From: Escherichia phage EAWsc9 | Sequence record: PQ341120.1 | DNA: 64,000 bases | Strand: one strand, 5' to 3' | Part shown: positions 44,502 through 55,175 of the stretch, piece by piece | How the letters are laid out: every line of letters begins with the position of its first letter | Position numbering within the stretch: the first letter of the stretch is position 1 | Notes under the pieces: generated by a model | The model's input: only the letters and a program-made list of their open reading frames with translations | Databases searched by the model: none | What the model was told of the DNA's origin: nothing | Position numbers and translations under genes: made by a program

Positions 44502-44947
44502 CCTTTCCATCCTAATTTTTTCAGTGAGTTTTCAGTGATTATCCTGAACGTTATACCCATTTTATCTGCGGTAGCTTGCGCAGCTTTCCATTTGTCAGAG
44601 TTAACACTCCAGGTGTACATCTCGTTAATAAATCTCTTTTTACTCGCGGCTGTATTATTAACTGGCTTGGTTGGAGGTCTTGTTTCTTTTAATGGCTTAA
44701 CTTCGAAAAAGAACTGTTGTCCTGTATCAAACTTAACCCAGAAATCCATATAATATCTGCGCTTTTTCCCTTCAGCATTGCAGAAGTATGGAATAATCAC
44801 AGTCTCAGAGCCCCATTGAACAACGTTCGGATGGTTGTCGAGCCATCTCATCAACCAAGCCTCCCAGCTTGACCGGTATTGTATTTTCTTCCAGTCGCCC
44901 TTATATTTTTCTATATTAGTGGGCTTAAATTTCCCGGAGTATGCCAT
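44498..44947 (-). CDS. 4: gp4 head completion protein
   Basis: 149 aa; [18 protein letters not shown]...; position and size as T4 gp4. Confidence 0.8.
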   Translation of the reverse strand: MAYSGKFKPTNIEKYKGDWKKIQYRSSWEAWLMRWLDNHPNVVQWGSETVIIPYFCNAEGKKRRYYMDFWVKFDTGQQFFFEVKPLKETRPPTKPVNNTAASKKRFINEMYTWSVNSDKWKAAQATADKMGITFRIITENSLKKLGWKG

Positions 44948-44995
44948 ATAGCCTCCTAATAAATATTGATATACTTATTTATAAATGGAGGCTTT

Positions 44996-45598
44996 ATGCT
45001 TTTTTCATTTTTTAACCCAATTGATTATGATGCTAAAACAATCAGAAAAAACTCGGCATCATTAACGAAAGAAGATGTCTTAAGCATCCCAATGACTGAC
45101 ATCTTCAGAAACTATCGTGCGTATTTTGATAAGGTTGCGGTTAATTATACACCGAAAACATATTACATCGCCGGAGCTCCGAGACCTGAAGAACTTGCAT
45201 ATCAGCTCTATGGTAATACTCAACTCTATTGGGTTCTCCTTATGCTTAATAATATCTATGACCCGTATTATGGTTGGATATGTTCACAAGAATCATCATA
45301 TCAGGCATCAATTCAACGCTATTCGAATATAGGTGGTAATCAGGTCCTTTATCATGTAAATGAAGACGGTGAAAAATTCTGGAATCTTGTTTCTTATCCT
45401 GATAATCCATACATATGGTACGATAAAGGTGATAAGAACAAATTATACCCACAGTATGAAGGCCCATTAGCTGCAGTGGATATCTACGAAGATGCTATTC
45501 GCAAAAATGAATATAAACGAGAAATAAAGATAATCGACCCTAATGATATCGAATCATTTATTTCGGCATTAATCCGCGAGATGGAGAAGGCGCTATGA
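44996..45598 (+). CDS. 53: gp53 baseplate wedge protein
   Basis: ATG at 44996 behind TGGAGG gives 200 aa starting MLFSFFNPIDYD; MTDIFRNYRAYF and YPQYEG blocks match T4 gp53 from memory. Confidence 0.85.
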   Translation: MLFSFFNPIDYDAKTIRKNSASLTKEDVLSIPMTDIFRNYRAYFDKVAVNYTPKTYYIAGAPRPEELAYQLYGNTQLYWVLLMLNNIYDPYYGWICSQESSYQASIQRYSNIGGNQVLYHVNEDGEKFWNLVSYPDNPYIWYDKGDKNKLYPQYEGPLAAVDIYEDAIRKNEYKREIKIIDPNDIESFISALIREMEKAL

Positions 45599-47337
45599 TT
45601 AATATGTCAGATAGTGTAAGTTGGTTCGTCGGTGTTGTCGAAGACCGAATGGACCCACTTCAACAAGGTCGTGTTCGCGTCCGGGTATGGGGTATGCATC
45701 CATATGAGAAATCACAAGGGCCTGTAAAAGGTATCAGAACTGAAGACCTGCCATGGATGTCCGTACTGATGCCAACATCATCTGCATCGGTTTCCGGTAT
45801 TCAAACTGCCATGACTGGTATGGTACCAGGGACTCAGGTATATGGTCACTTTTTGGACAAGTGGAAGCTCAATGGATTAGTCCTTGGTACATATGGCTCA
45901 GCATCAAGACAGAAGGCAAACACAACAGAAGGTTTTAGTGACCCCACAGGGCAATATCCGCTTTATGTGGGCAATGATGCTGCTGCGCTTAACCGAGGCG
46001 GTGAGGTCGGTTATGATGACACTTCAAACGTAATACAAGATGCAAACACTGATGTAGGTATTAATCCAGACGGGTTAGATTTAAGCCAAGTTAAGCCTGA
46101 TGATAATCCTAATTTCACAATAGAAAACATGCTTCACCGCGATGAAGGTCTTCGTCTGAAAGTATATTGGGACACTGAAGGTTATCCTACTATAGGTATA
46201 GGACACTTAATTACACCACAACCTATTAGAGATATGAATCAGATAAACAAAATATTATCTAATCAAATAGGCCGTGAAGTTAAAGGTAACCCTGGTGCAA
46301 TATCAATGGACGAGGCTTCTAAGTTATTCCAAGAAGACCTTAAAAAAGTCCAAAATGATATAGGCAGGCATAGCGTTGTAGGTCCGGTTTACAATAAAGA
46401 AAACCGTTCAAGACAAATGGCTCTTGAAAACATGGCTTTCCAAATGGGATTAGGTGGACTTGCTAAATTCCGTGGAATGCTTAGTGCAATGTTAATAGGC
46501 GATTATAAAAAGGCATTTGAAGAAGCTCGTAATTCAGTATGGTTTAACCAAACTAAAGGGCGTGCATCAAGGGTATCAATGATTATCCTTACCGGTAATA
46601 TGGAATCATATGGTATTATGGCTCCCAAAGAAAGGGAATTTAATGGGCGTTCTTATAGGATGATTCAAACCTTTGCAGCCCCTACAAATTCCGACCCGGC
46701 CGACCCGTGGACTCCAGAAGATACGAGGATTCTATTTAAAGAGCCAGAATCAAGTTACAAGGGCGAATATCCTTATGTGCAGACAATGCAAACTGAAGGC
46801 GGGCATATTCAGGAATTCGATAACACTCCAGGACAAGAACGTTATCGATTGATTCATCCGACCGGTTCCTATGAGGAAGTTGCACCAGATGGTCGTAAGA
46901 CTTCGAAGACGGTAGCCGATGGCTATTATATGACCCAGGGTGATTCAAACACTTATGTTGGCGGGAATAATAAAGTCAACGTTGGTGGTGATGAAACCTA
47001 TTACAATATGGCTAACGTTCGTCGTCAGACCGATGGAAACGAAACCATCCATATTCGTGGTAACGAAGAGAAAACTGTAGAAGGTAATGGAACACTCAGA
47101 GTTAAAGGCAACGTTACTGTTATTGTTGAAGGAAATGCTGATGTTACTGTTAAGGGTGATGCGACTACCTTAGTAGAAGGTAATGAAACTCGCACGACTA
47201 ATGGTAATTTAAACTGGACTGTAAATGGTACCGTATCTTGGACTTGTGCAGGTGCTTGGTCCGAGACTATGGCTTCAATGAGTTCTATTGCATCTGGTCA
47301 ATATACTATTGATGGTTCGAGGATTGACATTGGCTAA
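45595..47337 (+). CDS. 5: gp5 baseplate hub/spike with lysozyme domain
   Basis: 580 aa; internal T4-lysozyme-like domain RDEGLRLKVYWDTEGYPTIGIGHLI; C-terminal VxGxxxVxV beta-helix repeats. Confidence 0.92.
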   Translation: MINMSDSVSWFVGVVEDRMDPLQQGRVRVRVWGMHPYEKSQGPVKGIRTEDLPWMSVLMPTSSASVSGIQTAMTGMVPGTQVYGHFLDKWKLNGLVLGTYGSASRQKANTTEGFSDPTGQYPLYVGNDAAALNRGGEVGYDDTSNVIQDANTDVGINPDGLDLSQVKPDDNPNFTIENMLHRDEGLRLKVYWDTEGYPTIGIGHLITPQPIRDMNQINKILSNQIGREVKGNPGAISMDEASKLFQEDLKKVQNDIGRHSVVGPVYNKENRSRQMALENMAFQMGLGGLAKFRGMLSAMLIGDYKKAFEEARNSVWFNQTKGRASRVSMIILTGNMESYGIMAPKEREFNGRSYRMIQTFAAPTNSDPADPWTPEDTRILFKEPESSYKGEYPYVQTMQTEGGHIQEFDNTPGQERYRLIHPTGSYEEVAPDGRKTSKTVADGYYMTQGDSNTYVGGNNKVNVGGDETYYNMANVRRQTDGNETIHIRGNEEKTVEGNGTLRVKGNVTVIVEGNADVTVKGDATTLVEGNETRTTNGNLNWTVNGTVSWTCAGAWSETMASMSSIASGQYTIDGSRIDIG

Positions 47338-47371
47338 TATACTTCCGATGAGCACTGACCTAGGAGACTCC

Positions 47372-47869
47372 ATGGAAGGAGCCTCAATCGATGTTACGTT
47401 TACAGCTCAATTAGAAACAAACGAAACATTAGTCGAAATAAATATAACTGAATATGAGGCCACCCCTGGCGTTAATGTTGAGGGAAATCATCTTTATGGT
47501 GTTTATGAATCCGTGTTCGGATTTGCAGATGATGCACTTAAATATCGGCTTAATGCTGAATTTAAAACTGCTGGTTCATGGGAAGACCTTCCTACCGATA
47601 AGAGTACTCAATTGTATCTCTGGAGGGCCCCATCGAGCCTCCAGAAGGTCTTTTCATACACGGTAACCCTAACCTATGATTTTCAAGAAGAGAGCTCTGG
47701 TGGAGACACAGGGAACTCTGGTGGCAGTAATAGCCGTACAGGTAATGAGACCGACCCACCTCCTGCTCCAGTAAGAAAGACAATGACAAAAGTTTACACA
47801 AAAACTATCGTTGGCAACTGGTCAAGATGGGCCGATAAATTGCGTTCATACGTATACGCGAGGGATTAA
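47372..47869 (+). CDS. 5.1: gp5.1-like protein
   Basis: ATG at 47372 behind AGGAG gives 165 aa; located between gp5 and the PAAR gene; function unknown. Confidence 0.5.
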   Translation: MEGASIDVTFTAQLETNETLVEINITEYEATPGVNVEGNHLYGVYESVFGFADDALKYRLNAEFKTAGSWEDLPTDKSTQLYLWRAPSSLQKVFSYTVTLTYDFQEESSGGDTGNSGGSNSRTGNETDPPPAPVRKTMTKVYTKTIVGNWSRWADKLRSYVYARD

Positions 47870-48162
47870 TGGCTGGATTAAGTTTTAATCAATGTGTTAC
47901 AGCAGGCCACGAAGCATGGCCGCCGACTGTAATTAATGCAACTCAAAGTAAAGTATTCACCGGGGGAATTCCAGTATTAGTTGCTGGAGACCCTATTACC
48001 GAGCATACCGAAATTAAAAAACCATATGAAACCCATGGTGGAGTAACACAACCGCGTACATCAAAGGTATTTGTTACTGGTAAGAAAGCTGTTCAAATGG
48101 CAGACCCGATTTCATGTGGTGATACTGTGGCTCAAGCCTCATCAAAAGTCTTTATAAAATAG
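47869..48162 (+). CDS. 5.4: gp5.4 PAAR-repeat spike tip protein
   Basis: 97 aa, same length as T4 gp5.4; PAAR-like [11 protein letters not shown] and SCGDTVA segments. Confidence 0.7.
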   Translation: MAGLSFNQCVTAGHEAWPPTVINATQSKVFTGGIPVLVAGDPITEHTEIKKPYETHGGVTQPRTSKVFVTGKKAVQMADPISCGDTVAQASSKVFIK

Positions 48163-48170
48163 GAAATAAA

Positions 48171-50117
48171 ATGGTTACTCCTACGAATTACCAATTAACA
48201 AGAACCGTTAACGCTATCCCAAAAGTATTTGTGGGAGCTACGTTTGAAGAAATTAAAAAGAATATCATCGACTGGTTATCAAGCCAGGATGAATTTAAGG
48301 ATTATGATTTCGTAGGTTCGCGAATGAATATCCTGATTGACATGCTTGCATATAATACATTGTATATGCAGCAGTTTGCTAACACGGCGGTTTACGAATC
48401 ATTTATCGGAACTGCAAACTTAAGGTCTTCAGTTGTTCAGGCTGCACAGGATAATGGTTATCTTCCATCTTCTCGCTCAGCTGCAAAGACTTCGGTTATG
48501 TTGACATGTTCTCATGCTCTGCAACCATCGAATATTGAAATCCCACGAGGAACTAAATTCCTGGCCTATGCTCGTGATACATCAGCTGACCCTTATGTTT
48601 TTGTTACCACGGAAAACGTTATCGCGGTTAAAGATATTAACAACCAATATCTTCCGATTGTATCTCTGGCGCAGGGTCGTATTATTCGTACAGAACTTTT
48701 ATATGACCCGAAACAACCTATTCTTATCCGCGACCCGGATATTGACCGCAAAGAAGTTAAGTTATATGTGAATGGTGTTGAGTGGGATGACTGGACGAAC
48801 AAATCAATGGTTCATGCTGGTTCGACTTCCACCATATTTTATATGCGTGAAACAATCGATGGCTATACCGAATTTTTCTTTGGTGAAGGTGAATCCACCA
48901 AATCTGTGGCCGGTGGCGTTATGGAAGCCAACTATATTGGCGGTCTTAAACCCGTGCAAGATTCAACAATTGTTATTGAGTATCTTCGTACTTCCGGGGC
49001 AGATGCAAACGGCGCTGTCGATTTCAGTTATGCTGATACGTTGTCTTATATCACAGTGGATAAGATTACTGAAAACTACAATAATGACCCTGATTATGTC
49101 GGTGCTGATGGTGGTGGTGACCCAGAAGATATCGAACGTATCCGTGAACTGGCTGTTGTTAAACGTGAAGCGCAGATGCGTGCTGTCACCGGAACAGATT
49201 ATGATACCTTCGTATCCGAAAGATTTGGCTCAATCGTGCAAGCTGTGCAGACGTTTACAGACGCTAATAAACCCGGGTATGCGTTTATATCAGTTAAGCC
49301 TAAATCGGGCTTGTATCTCACTGCAGTGCAGCGTGAGGACATCCAGAACTACCTTAGCGAGTTCAACGTATCAACAATTACACCATCGGTAATTTCTCCG
49401 GATTATTTGTTCCTTAAACATAATATCAAAGTGTCTTATGCGCTGAACAAATTGCAAGAATCTGAACAATGGTTGCAAGCACAAATCATTAATCAGATTG
49501 ACCGTTATTATATTGATGAAGTTGAAATCTTTAACAGAAGTTTTGCTAAGTCAAAAATGCTTACATACGTGGATAATACCGACCATAGTATTCTTGGTTC
49601 GTCTGCAACCATTTCGATGGTGCGTGAGGTCCTGAACTTCTTTAAGACTCCGGAATCCGGCATTAAATACTATAACCAGTATGGCAACCGTTCAGTCGAA
49701 TCAAGCGAATTTGAATTTGTTCCGACTACGGGTGAAGCCTATAACGTTCGCATTGTTGCAACTGATAAAGATTCTCGTGGTGATGGCAAAATGGTAATTG
49801 GTCCATTCCGTCCGGGTGATGTTATCGAAAACGTAAACATCCAGCCTTACCTACAAGATGACTTTAATAAAATGGAAGCTCCGGCTGACCAAACAGTTTA
49901 TTACGCAATTGGCGAAATTGACTATTACTCTGACTATATTTTTTGGGATATCGCCGCGATTGGATTGACCTCCGAGCGCTTTGAAGTTCAATCAATCGAA
50001 CTTTATGCAAGTCCCAACCAAGATAATATATACACGCAAGATGGTTCACTGATTGTATTTGAGAATGACCTTCGTCCGCAATATACAAAGATTGACCTTG
50101 AACCGATTACACTATAA
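48171..50117 (+). CDS. 6: gp6 baseplate wedge protein
   Basis: 648 aa; position and size as T4 gp6. Confidence 0.85.
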   Translation: MVTPTNYQLTRTVNAIPKVFVGATFEEIKKNIIDWLSSQDEFKDYDFVGSRMNILIDMLAYNTLYMQQFANTAVYESFIGTANLRSSVVQAAQDNGYLPSSRSAAKTSVMLTCSHALQPSNIEIPRGTKFLAYARDTSADPYVFVTTENVIAVKDINNQYLPIVSLAQGRIIRTELLYDPKQPILIRDPDIDRKEVKLYVNGVEWDDWTNKSMVHAGSTSTIFYMRETIDGYTEFFFGEGESTKSVAGGVMEANYIGGLKPVQDSTIVIEYLRTSGADANGAVDFSYADTLSYITVDKITENYNNDPDYVGADGGGDPEDIERIRELAVVKREAQMRAVTGTDYDTFVSERFGSIVQAVQTFTDANKPGYAFISVKPKSGLYLTAVQREDIQNYLSEFNVSTITPSVISPDYLFLKHNIKVSYALNKLQESEQWLQAQIINQIDRYYIDEVEIFNRSFAKSKMLTYVDNTDHSILGSSATISMVREVLNFFKTPESGIKYYNQYGNRSVESSEFEFVPTTGEAYNVRIVATDKDSRGDGKMVIGPFRPGDVIENVNIQPYLQDDFNKMEAPADQTVYYAIGEIDYYSDYIFWDIAAIGLTSERFEVQSIELYASPNQDNIYTQDGSLIVFENDLRPQYTKIDLEPITL

Positions 50118-50136
50118 GCCTCTTCGGAGGCTTTTT
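50118..50136 (+). terminator. stem-loop plus T-run between gp6 and gp7 (possible attenuator)
   Basis: GCCTC-TTCG-GAGGC followed by TTTTT immediately after gp6 stop. Confidence 0.4.
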
Positions 50137-50145
50137 AAGGAAACC

Positions 50146-53100
50146 ATGATGAGTGTTAAAGCCCCTTATGTAACCAGCTTACGGATTGATAAACTATCTG
50201 CTAACCAGGTTAGCATAAAATGGGATAATGTTGGCGCCAACTTTTATTATTTTGTTGAGATTGCTACGACAAAAGAAAATGGTGTTGCTATTCCAGAAGA
50301 AAATCTGTTATGGAGGAATTTAGGTTATACTCCAGACAATGAATGGTTCGAACAAGATTTTATTCGTCCAGTATCATTTTACAAAATGCGTGTTGCTGTT
50401 GCAGCAATGGGTTTTGAACAATCTGATTGGGTTTATACCGAAGAATTTGAAACCTTTGCAACTAACGCATACACATTTGAGCACATGCGTGAATTTACAT
50501 TAACAAATAAATTCATCGAAGAAAAATTTACAAACAATAACCAAGCTTATATCAACTTTAATAATGATGCAATTATGGCATCGCTGATGTCTGAAGATTT
50601 TAGCTTTACTCCTGCGTATTCTCATTTGTCTTCAATTTCAAACTATGTATTAAAAGAAGACCAATATCACGAAATTCAGGGTAGTATTCAGCCGGTGTGT
50701 AATGATGTTAATCGTACAATGATTGCTGAACTTGGTGGCGTACTGTATTTGTTTGAACGATTCCAGACAACTGTCAAAGTCTCCAATGATAAAGGGCAGA
50801 ACTGGTATTATGTAAAATTGTTTAATGACCGTATCGGTAACCCGGTATCGCGCACAATTTATTATCAATCAGATACGACAACTTACGTACTCGGGTATGA
50901 CCGAATTTTTTACGGCCGCAAATCAAGTGACATAAGATGGTCTGCTGATGATGTTCGATTCAGTTCCCAGGATATAACATTTGCAAAAATTGGTTCGGAT
51001 ATCAATCTTGGATTTGATATTGAAATATTTGGCACATACGCAAGACTTCCTGCTTATATCTCGACAATTGCTGAAGCAATCACTACGACCGATTCCATGA
51101 TTTACGTTGCCGGGCGCGACCGCGTGTACAAAGCTAAATCTTCTGATGCTCCAATTGATAATGACCCCAACTCCCCAACATTCGGTGAAAAATTATTTGA
51201 AGCTGGATATAGCACAATAAGTGGTAACCCAAAAGCTGTTTGTTATAAGATGGATTCAATTGACGGTGAAGTATTTGCATTAATCACGGGGGAAGTAAAA
51301 GAAGAGCGACAAGACCCGACTAAACCTGAAAACGTTGTCGATTCGTTATCTAAGGGCGTTTATAAATTAAATGCTGACACCGATACATGGACACGAGTTT
51401 TTGGTAACACAGAGGATGAACGTCGACGTATTGAACATGGTTACACAAGCATGTCAACCGACGGAATTGAACTTTTTATCAGTTCAAGCAACTTCCGTTA
51501 TTCCGTAGAGCCGGATACTGAACTCCCTGCTAAGTATCCTGAAGAAGTTAATGAAGCAGTCAAATATGTGTATGACGAACAATGGATACATGACAAGCAT
51601 TATTTGATGATGAGTTTTAGGTCGAATAAAGATTCAGGTTGGGAAGAGTTTAAACCTGGTCGTATGTCATATTACGCTGAACCGTTCTTTAACTGGTCTC
51701 GTCGTGATGATACTCGTTGTTGGATTACCACATCAGACAGAGCTCTGGTTGTATATAATGACATGCTATATCAAAAGATTATCGATACCTTTGGTGGTTC
51801 ATCGCCTGAACGTATTGTACACGAATACTGGAATAAAGGTCAAGTAAAAGTTACTTCTCCTAACATCGAATTCAATGGCTTTAAAAAATACGCCTCGGGT
51901 ATTATGTTACACAAAAATACTGGAGAGCTTATTGGTTATTTTGAATTTGACTATCGTAAACGTGATGAAGTTAGATTAATCTGGAAACCGAAAGAAGTTA
52001 TGTTCACTGCAGAATTACAGAACCAGGAACATGATATTCCATGGACCCCAGATAATGACGAACAAGAGAAAGACCCAGACTTGCGTCCTCTTTTAACAAA
52101 GATGGTTCCGGATAGTTATTTGCTCCAGGATAGCAACTTCGAAAAATTCTGTGAATATTATTTGCAGTTTATCAGTGATGGCTCTGGTACCTATTATAAC
52201 AACCTTTTGAACTTGATTCGCAACCAGTACCCGCGCGAGGAAGATGCATGGGAATACCTTTGGAGCGAAATGTACAAAAGAAATATATATTTGTCAAAGA
52301 CCAAGCGTGACGAAGTAGTTCGTTTCTTTGAAGCAAGACAGTCTGATTTTTGGGCCACTAAGGGTACTGAAGCATCCTATAAGTTTTTGTTCAAATTGTT
52401 ATATAATGAAGACGTTGAAATCGATATTGAATCCAAGAACGGAACCGAGTATGACATAATCGTCGAATCTGATAACATCAGCGAAGATATTGTTGGACAA
52501 ACAATTTACACACCAACTGGTCGCAGTAACGTTACTTATATGGAACGTGACTACAAACAGGGTAAATTGAGATGGCGTATCACGATTCATAACTTACTTG
52601 GTCGCTTTATTGTTGGGCAAGAAATTAAATCCGAAAGGACTTCCTTTGAAGGTATGATTGTTCAGGGTGTTCGTGGGAAAGAATTACTTAGCAACAACAT
52701 CGATTATATCAACCGAAATCGTTCTTACTATGTAATGACCATTAAATCAAGTCTCCCAACATCTCGTTATCGTAATGACGTATTGCGATTTGTTCATCCG
52801 GTTGGATTTGGATTCGTTGGAATTACATTATTGACAATGTTTGTTAATGCTGGTCTGTCATTAAAACATACAGAAACTATTATCAATAAACTGAACAACT
52901 ATCGTTGGTCGTCTGGTATTCCGTCAGAATGGTGCGACCGTATCGCAGTTATTGGGGCCGATGGAAACATTGAGCATAGTCCTGTTACAGGTGAAGCAGT
53001 ATATAATATTGCTCCTAATGCAGGTTTACCATTCCCATTACCAGCAGATTACGATGCCGAAAACGATTTTTCGGATTTTCATGGGACTCTCCCGTCTGAA

Positions 53101-53244
53101 CGTCGTAAAAAATACAGTCCATTGTTTGACCAGTCTGCCGTGACTTTTGCTAACTGGCGCAATTTGGTTAATCAACGTCTTAAGGATGATATTGGTAATC
53201 CACGCGACCCGAAAGACCCCACACAGGTAAAGGTAAATGAATAA
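50146..53244 (+). CDS. 7: gp7 baseplate wedge protein
   Basis: internal ATG at 50146 (AAGGAAACC upstream) gives 1032 aa, the T4 gp7 length from memory. Confidence 0.85.
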   Translation: MMSVKAPYVTSLRIDKLSANQVSIKWDNVGANFYYFVEIATTKENGVAIPEENLLWRNLGYTPDNEWFEQDFIRPVSFYKMRVAVAAMGFEQSDWVYTEEFETFATNAYTFEHMREFTLTNKFIEEKFTNNNQAYINFNNDAIMASLMSEDFSFTPAYSHLSSISNYVLKEDQYHEIQGSIQPVCNDVNRTMIAELGGVLYLFERFQTTVKVSNDKGQNWYYVKLFNDRIGNPVSRTIYYQSDTTTYVLGYDRIFYGRKSSDIRWSADDVRFSSQDITFAKIGSDINLGFDIEIFGTYARLPAYISTIAEAITTTDSMIYVAGRDRVYKAKSSDAPIDNDPNSPTFGEKLFEAGYSTISGNPKAVCYKMDSIDGEVFALITGEVKEERQDPTKPENVVDSLSKGVYKLNADTDTWTRVFGNTEDERRRIEHGYTSMSTDGIELFISSSNFRYSVEPDTELPAKYPEEVNEAVKYVYDEQWIHDKHYLMMSFRSNKDSGWEEFKPGRMSYYAEPFFNWSRRDDTRCWITTSDRALVVYNDMLYQKIIDTFGGSSPERIVHEYWNKGQVKVTSPNIEFNGFKKYASGIMLHKNTGELIGYFEFDYRKRDEVRLIWKPKEVMFTAELQNQEHDIPWTPDNDEQEKDPDLRPLLTKMVPDSYLLQDSNFEKFCEYYLQFISDGSGTYYNNLLNLIRNQYPREEDAWEYLWSEMYKRNIYLSKTKRDEVVRFFEARQSDFWATKGTEASYKFLFKLLYNEDVEIDIESKNGTEYDIIVESDNISEDIVGQTIYTPTGRSNVTYMERDYKQGKLRWRITIHNLLGRFIVGQEIKSERTSFEGMIVQGVRGKELLSNNIDYINRNRSYYVMTIKSSLPTSRYRNDVLRFVHPVGFGFVGITLLTMFVNAGLSLKHTETIINKLNNYRWSSGIPSEWCDRIAVIGADGNIEHSPVTGEAVYNIAPNAGLPFPLPADYDAENDFSDFHGTLPSERRKKYSPLFDQSAVTFANWRNLVNQRLKDDIGNPRDPKDPTQVKVNE

Positions 53245-54241
53245 TTCATCTGTAGTTTATCGTTCGATAATTACCTCGAAATTTCGAACTGAAAAAATGT
53301 ATAACTTTTATAAAATGATTGGTAATGAGCCCGACCAAAATACGATGTATGTAACATTCGGTCGTGCTGAACCCTGGGCTTCGAATGAGAATGACCCAGG
53401 GTTCGCCCCTCCTTATCCGGTTGATACAGCACAAGGTGTTGAAGATACTTGGACCAATATGATGGGGGCAGTCAAAGTTTATAAATCAATGCTTGATTGT
53501 GTTGTCCCACGTAAAGACTGGGGCGATATCAGATATCCTAATCCGCTTAACTTCCAGGTAGGGGAAATTGTTGTAGCTAACAGTGCTCCATATAACCGAA
53601 CTGATGTTGGTAAAGGTTGGATGGTTTATCGTTGTGTAGATGTTCCTGATGTTGGGACTTGCTCCATTTATTCCATTATCAATAAAGAAGAGTGCTTAAA
53701 ACTCGGTGGTAAATGGACGGCGGAATATAACTCGACGAGAGCTCCAGCAGGGACTGGCGACACTGAAGGACGAGTTGATATGGGCGATGGTTATCTCTGG
53801 GAATATTTGTATGAGATTCCGCCTGATGTATCCATCAACCGTTGTACTAACGAATATATTGTTGTTCCATGGCCTGAAGAAATCGAAGAAGACCCATCAC
53901 GTTGGGGTTACAAAGACAATATCAGCTGGCAACAAGATGATTTCGGTTTAATATATAGAATCAAAGGATATACAATCAGATTTAAAGCATTTATGGATTC
54001 CATTTACTTCCCAGAATTCAGTCTCCCGGGAAACAAAGGCTTCCGACAGCTGTCGATTATATCCAACCCACTTGAAGTTAAAGTGCATCCTAATGACCCA
54101 AATATCAAAGCAATCAAAGAATACTACGATGCAATTGATTTGGACCGTCATTCTGGGGAAATGATTTATATGGAAAACCGCCCACCAATTATTCGTGCAA
54201 TGGACCAGACAGAAGAAGTTAACATTATTTTTGAATTCTAA
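53237..54241 (+). CDS. 8: gp8 baseplate wedge protein
   Basis: 334 aa, same as T4 gp8; start overlaps gp7 stop. Confidence 0.85.
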   Translation: MNNSSVVYRSIITSKFRTEKMYNFYKMIGNEPDQNTMYVTFGRAEPWASNENDPGFAPPYPVDTAQGVEDTWTNMMGAVKVYKSMLDCVVPRKDWGDIRYPNPLNFQVGEIVVANSAPYNRTDVGKGWMVYRCVDVPDVGTCSIYSIINKEECLKLGGKWTAEYNSTRAPAGTGDTEGRVDMGDGYLWEYLYEIPPDVSINRCTNEYIVVPWPEEIEEDPSRWGYKDNISWQQDDFGLIYRIKGYTIRFKAFMDSIYFPEFSLPGNKGFRQLSIISNPLEVKVHPNDPNIKAIKEYYDAIDLDRHSGEMIYMENRPPIIRAMDQTEEVNIIFEF

Positions 54242-54243
54242 CT

Positions 54244-54267
54244 AGGGACCTTCGGGTCCCTTTTTTA
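54244..54267 (+). terminator. intrinsic terminator after gp8
   Basis: AGGGACC-TTCG-GGTCCCT followed by TTTTTTATT. Confidence 0.6.
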
Positions 54268-54270
54268 TTC

Positions 54271-54278
54271 TATAAATA
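54271..54278 (+). promoter_or_regulatory. late promoter box TATAAATA upstream of gp9
   Basis: exact TATAAATA about 28 nt upstream of gp9 ATG. Confidence 0.55.
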
Positions 54279-54305
54279 TAGCTATATCAATAACGAGGCT
54301 TACCT

Positions 54306-55175
54306 ATGATTAATCAAACCCCAAAATTATTAGTAGACATCGGCGAGATTGGTAACGCCAGCACCGGTGATATTCTATATGAAGGCGGTCGTAAACTGAA
54401 CGTGGATTTAGACAGTTTGTATAATACATTCGGCGACCAGCGTCTGTACTCTGTGAACAATGGAGAAAACTCCCAGGTACTTCATGCGACTGGCTACTAT
54501 CAAAAAGCCACAAATATCATCGAATGGAACTCGACTGTTGCTCTCGGTTCTATGCGAGACGTCAATACTTCCGAAGGTGTTATCACTGCAAGAATTGCAA
54601 AAGGTAAAGCAGGCGAAGGTGTTATCTTTATTAACTCCAATGGTTCATTATCCACCTCGATGCCTCTGGAAGTTGAACTACAAGGCACGGATTCATTCCT
54701 GACCGCTGCAACGAACAAAATGAAATTTACTCAGCCTTATACAAAAATTACATTGTGGTGTATTGACGATGCTAACGGCGTAGGGACCTGGGACTACAAA
54801 ATTGAAAGTATGTTTGGTAACCAATCTGTATTGCTCGACAAAACATACAATATGAGCTCGGTTGTTCGTGATATTCCAATCGCTTACCGCGCAGATTATA
54901 AAACTATCAAATTGATGCTCACGGCTATTTCAACAGACGAAACTAAATACAAAGCATCAGAAATGTTACTTTACATCGACCTTAAGGACCGCAAGGTATA
55001 TAGCACAGAATACGCTGTAATCAGACGTGGACAAGCTAACGACGATGATGAGATATATGCTATCGATTTTAGAATTGATAACCAGGACATCATACAGGCG
55101 GCTATAAGCTCACCCACTGCCATGAAGCTCGCTATTAAAGTAATTTCCGCCCAAACAATCGGAGTACCGGTATAA
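54306..55175 (+). CDS. 9: gp9 baseplate wedge / long-tail-fibre socket
   Basis: 289 aa; GEIGNASTGDILY and HATGYYQK blocks match T4 gp9 from memory. Confidence 0.88.
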   Translation: MINQTPKLLVDIGEIGNASTGDILYEGGRKLNVDLDSLYNTFGDQRLYSVNNGENSQVLHATGYYQKATNIIEWNSTVALGSMRDVNTSEGVITARIAKGKAGEGVIFINSNGSLSTSMPLEVELQGTDSFLTAATNKMKFTQPYTKITLWCIDDANGVGTWDYKIESMFGNQSVLLDKTYNMSSVVRDIPIAYRADYKTIKLMLTAISTDETKYKASEMLLYIDLKDRKVYSTEYAVIRRGQANDDDEIYAIDFRIDNQDIIQAAISSPTAMKLAIKVISAQTIGVPV

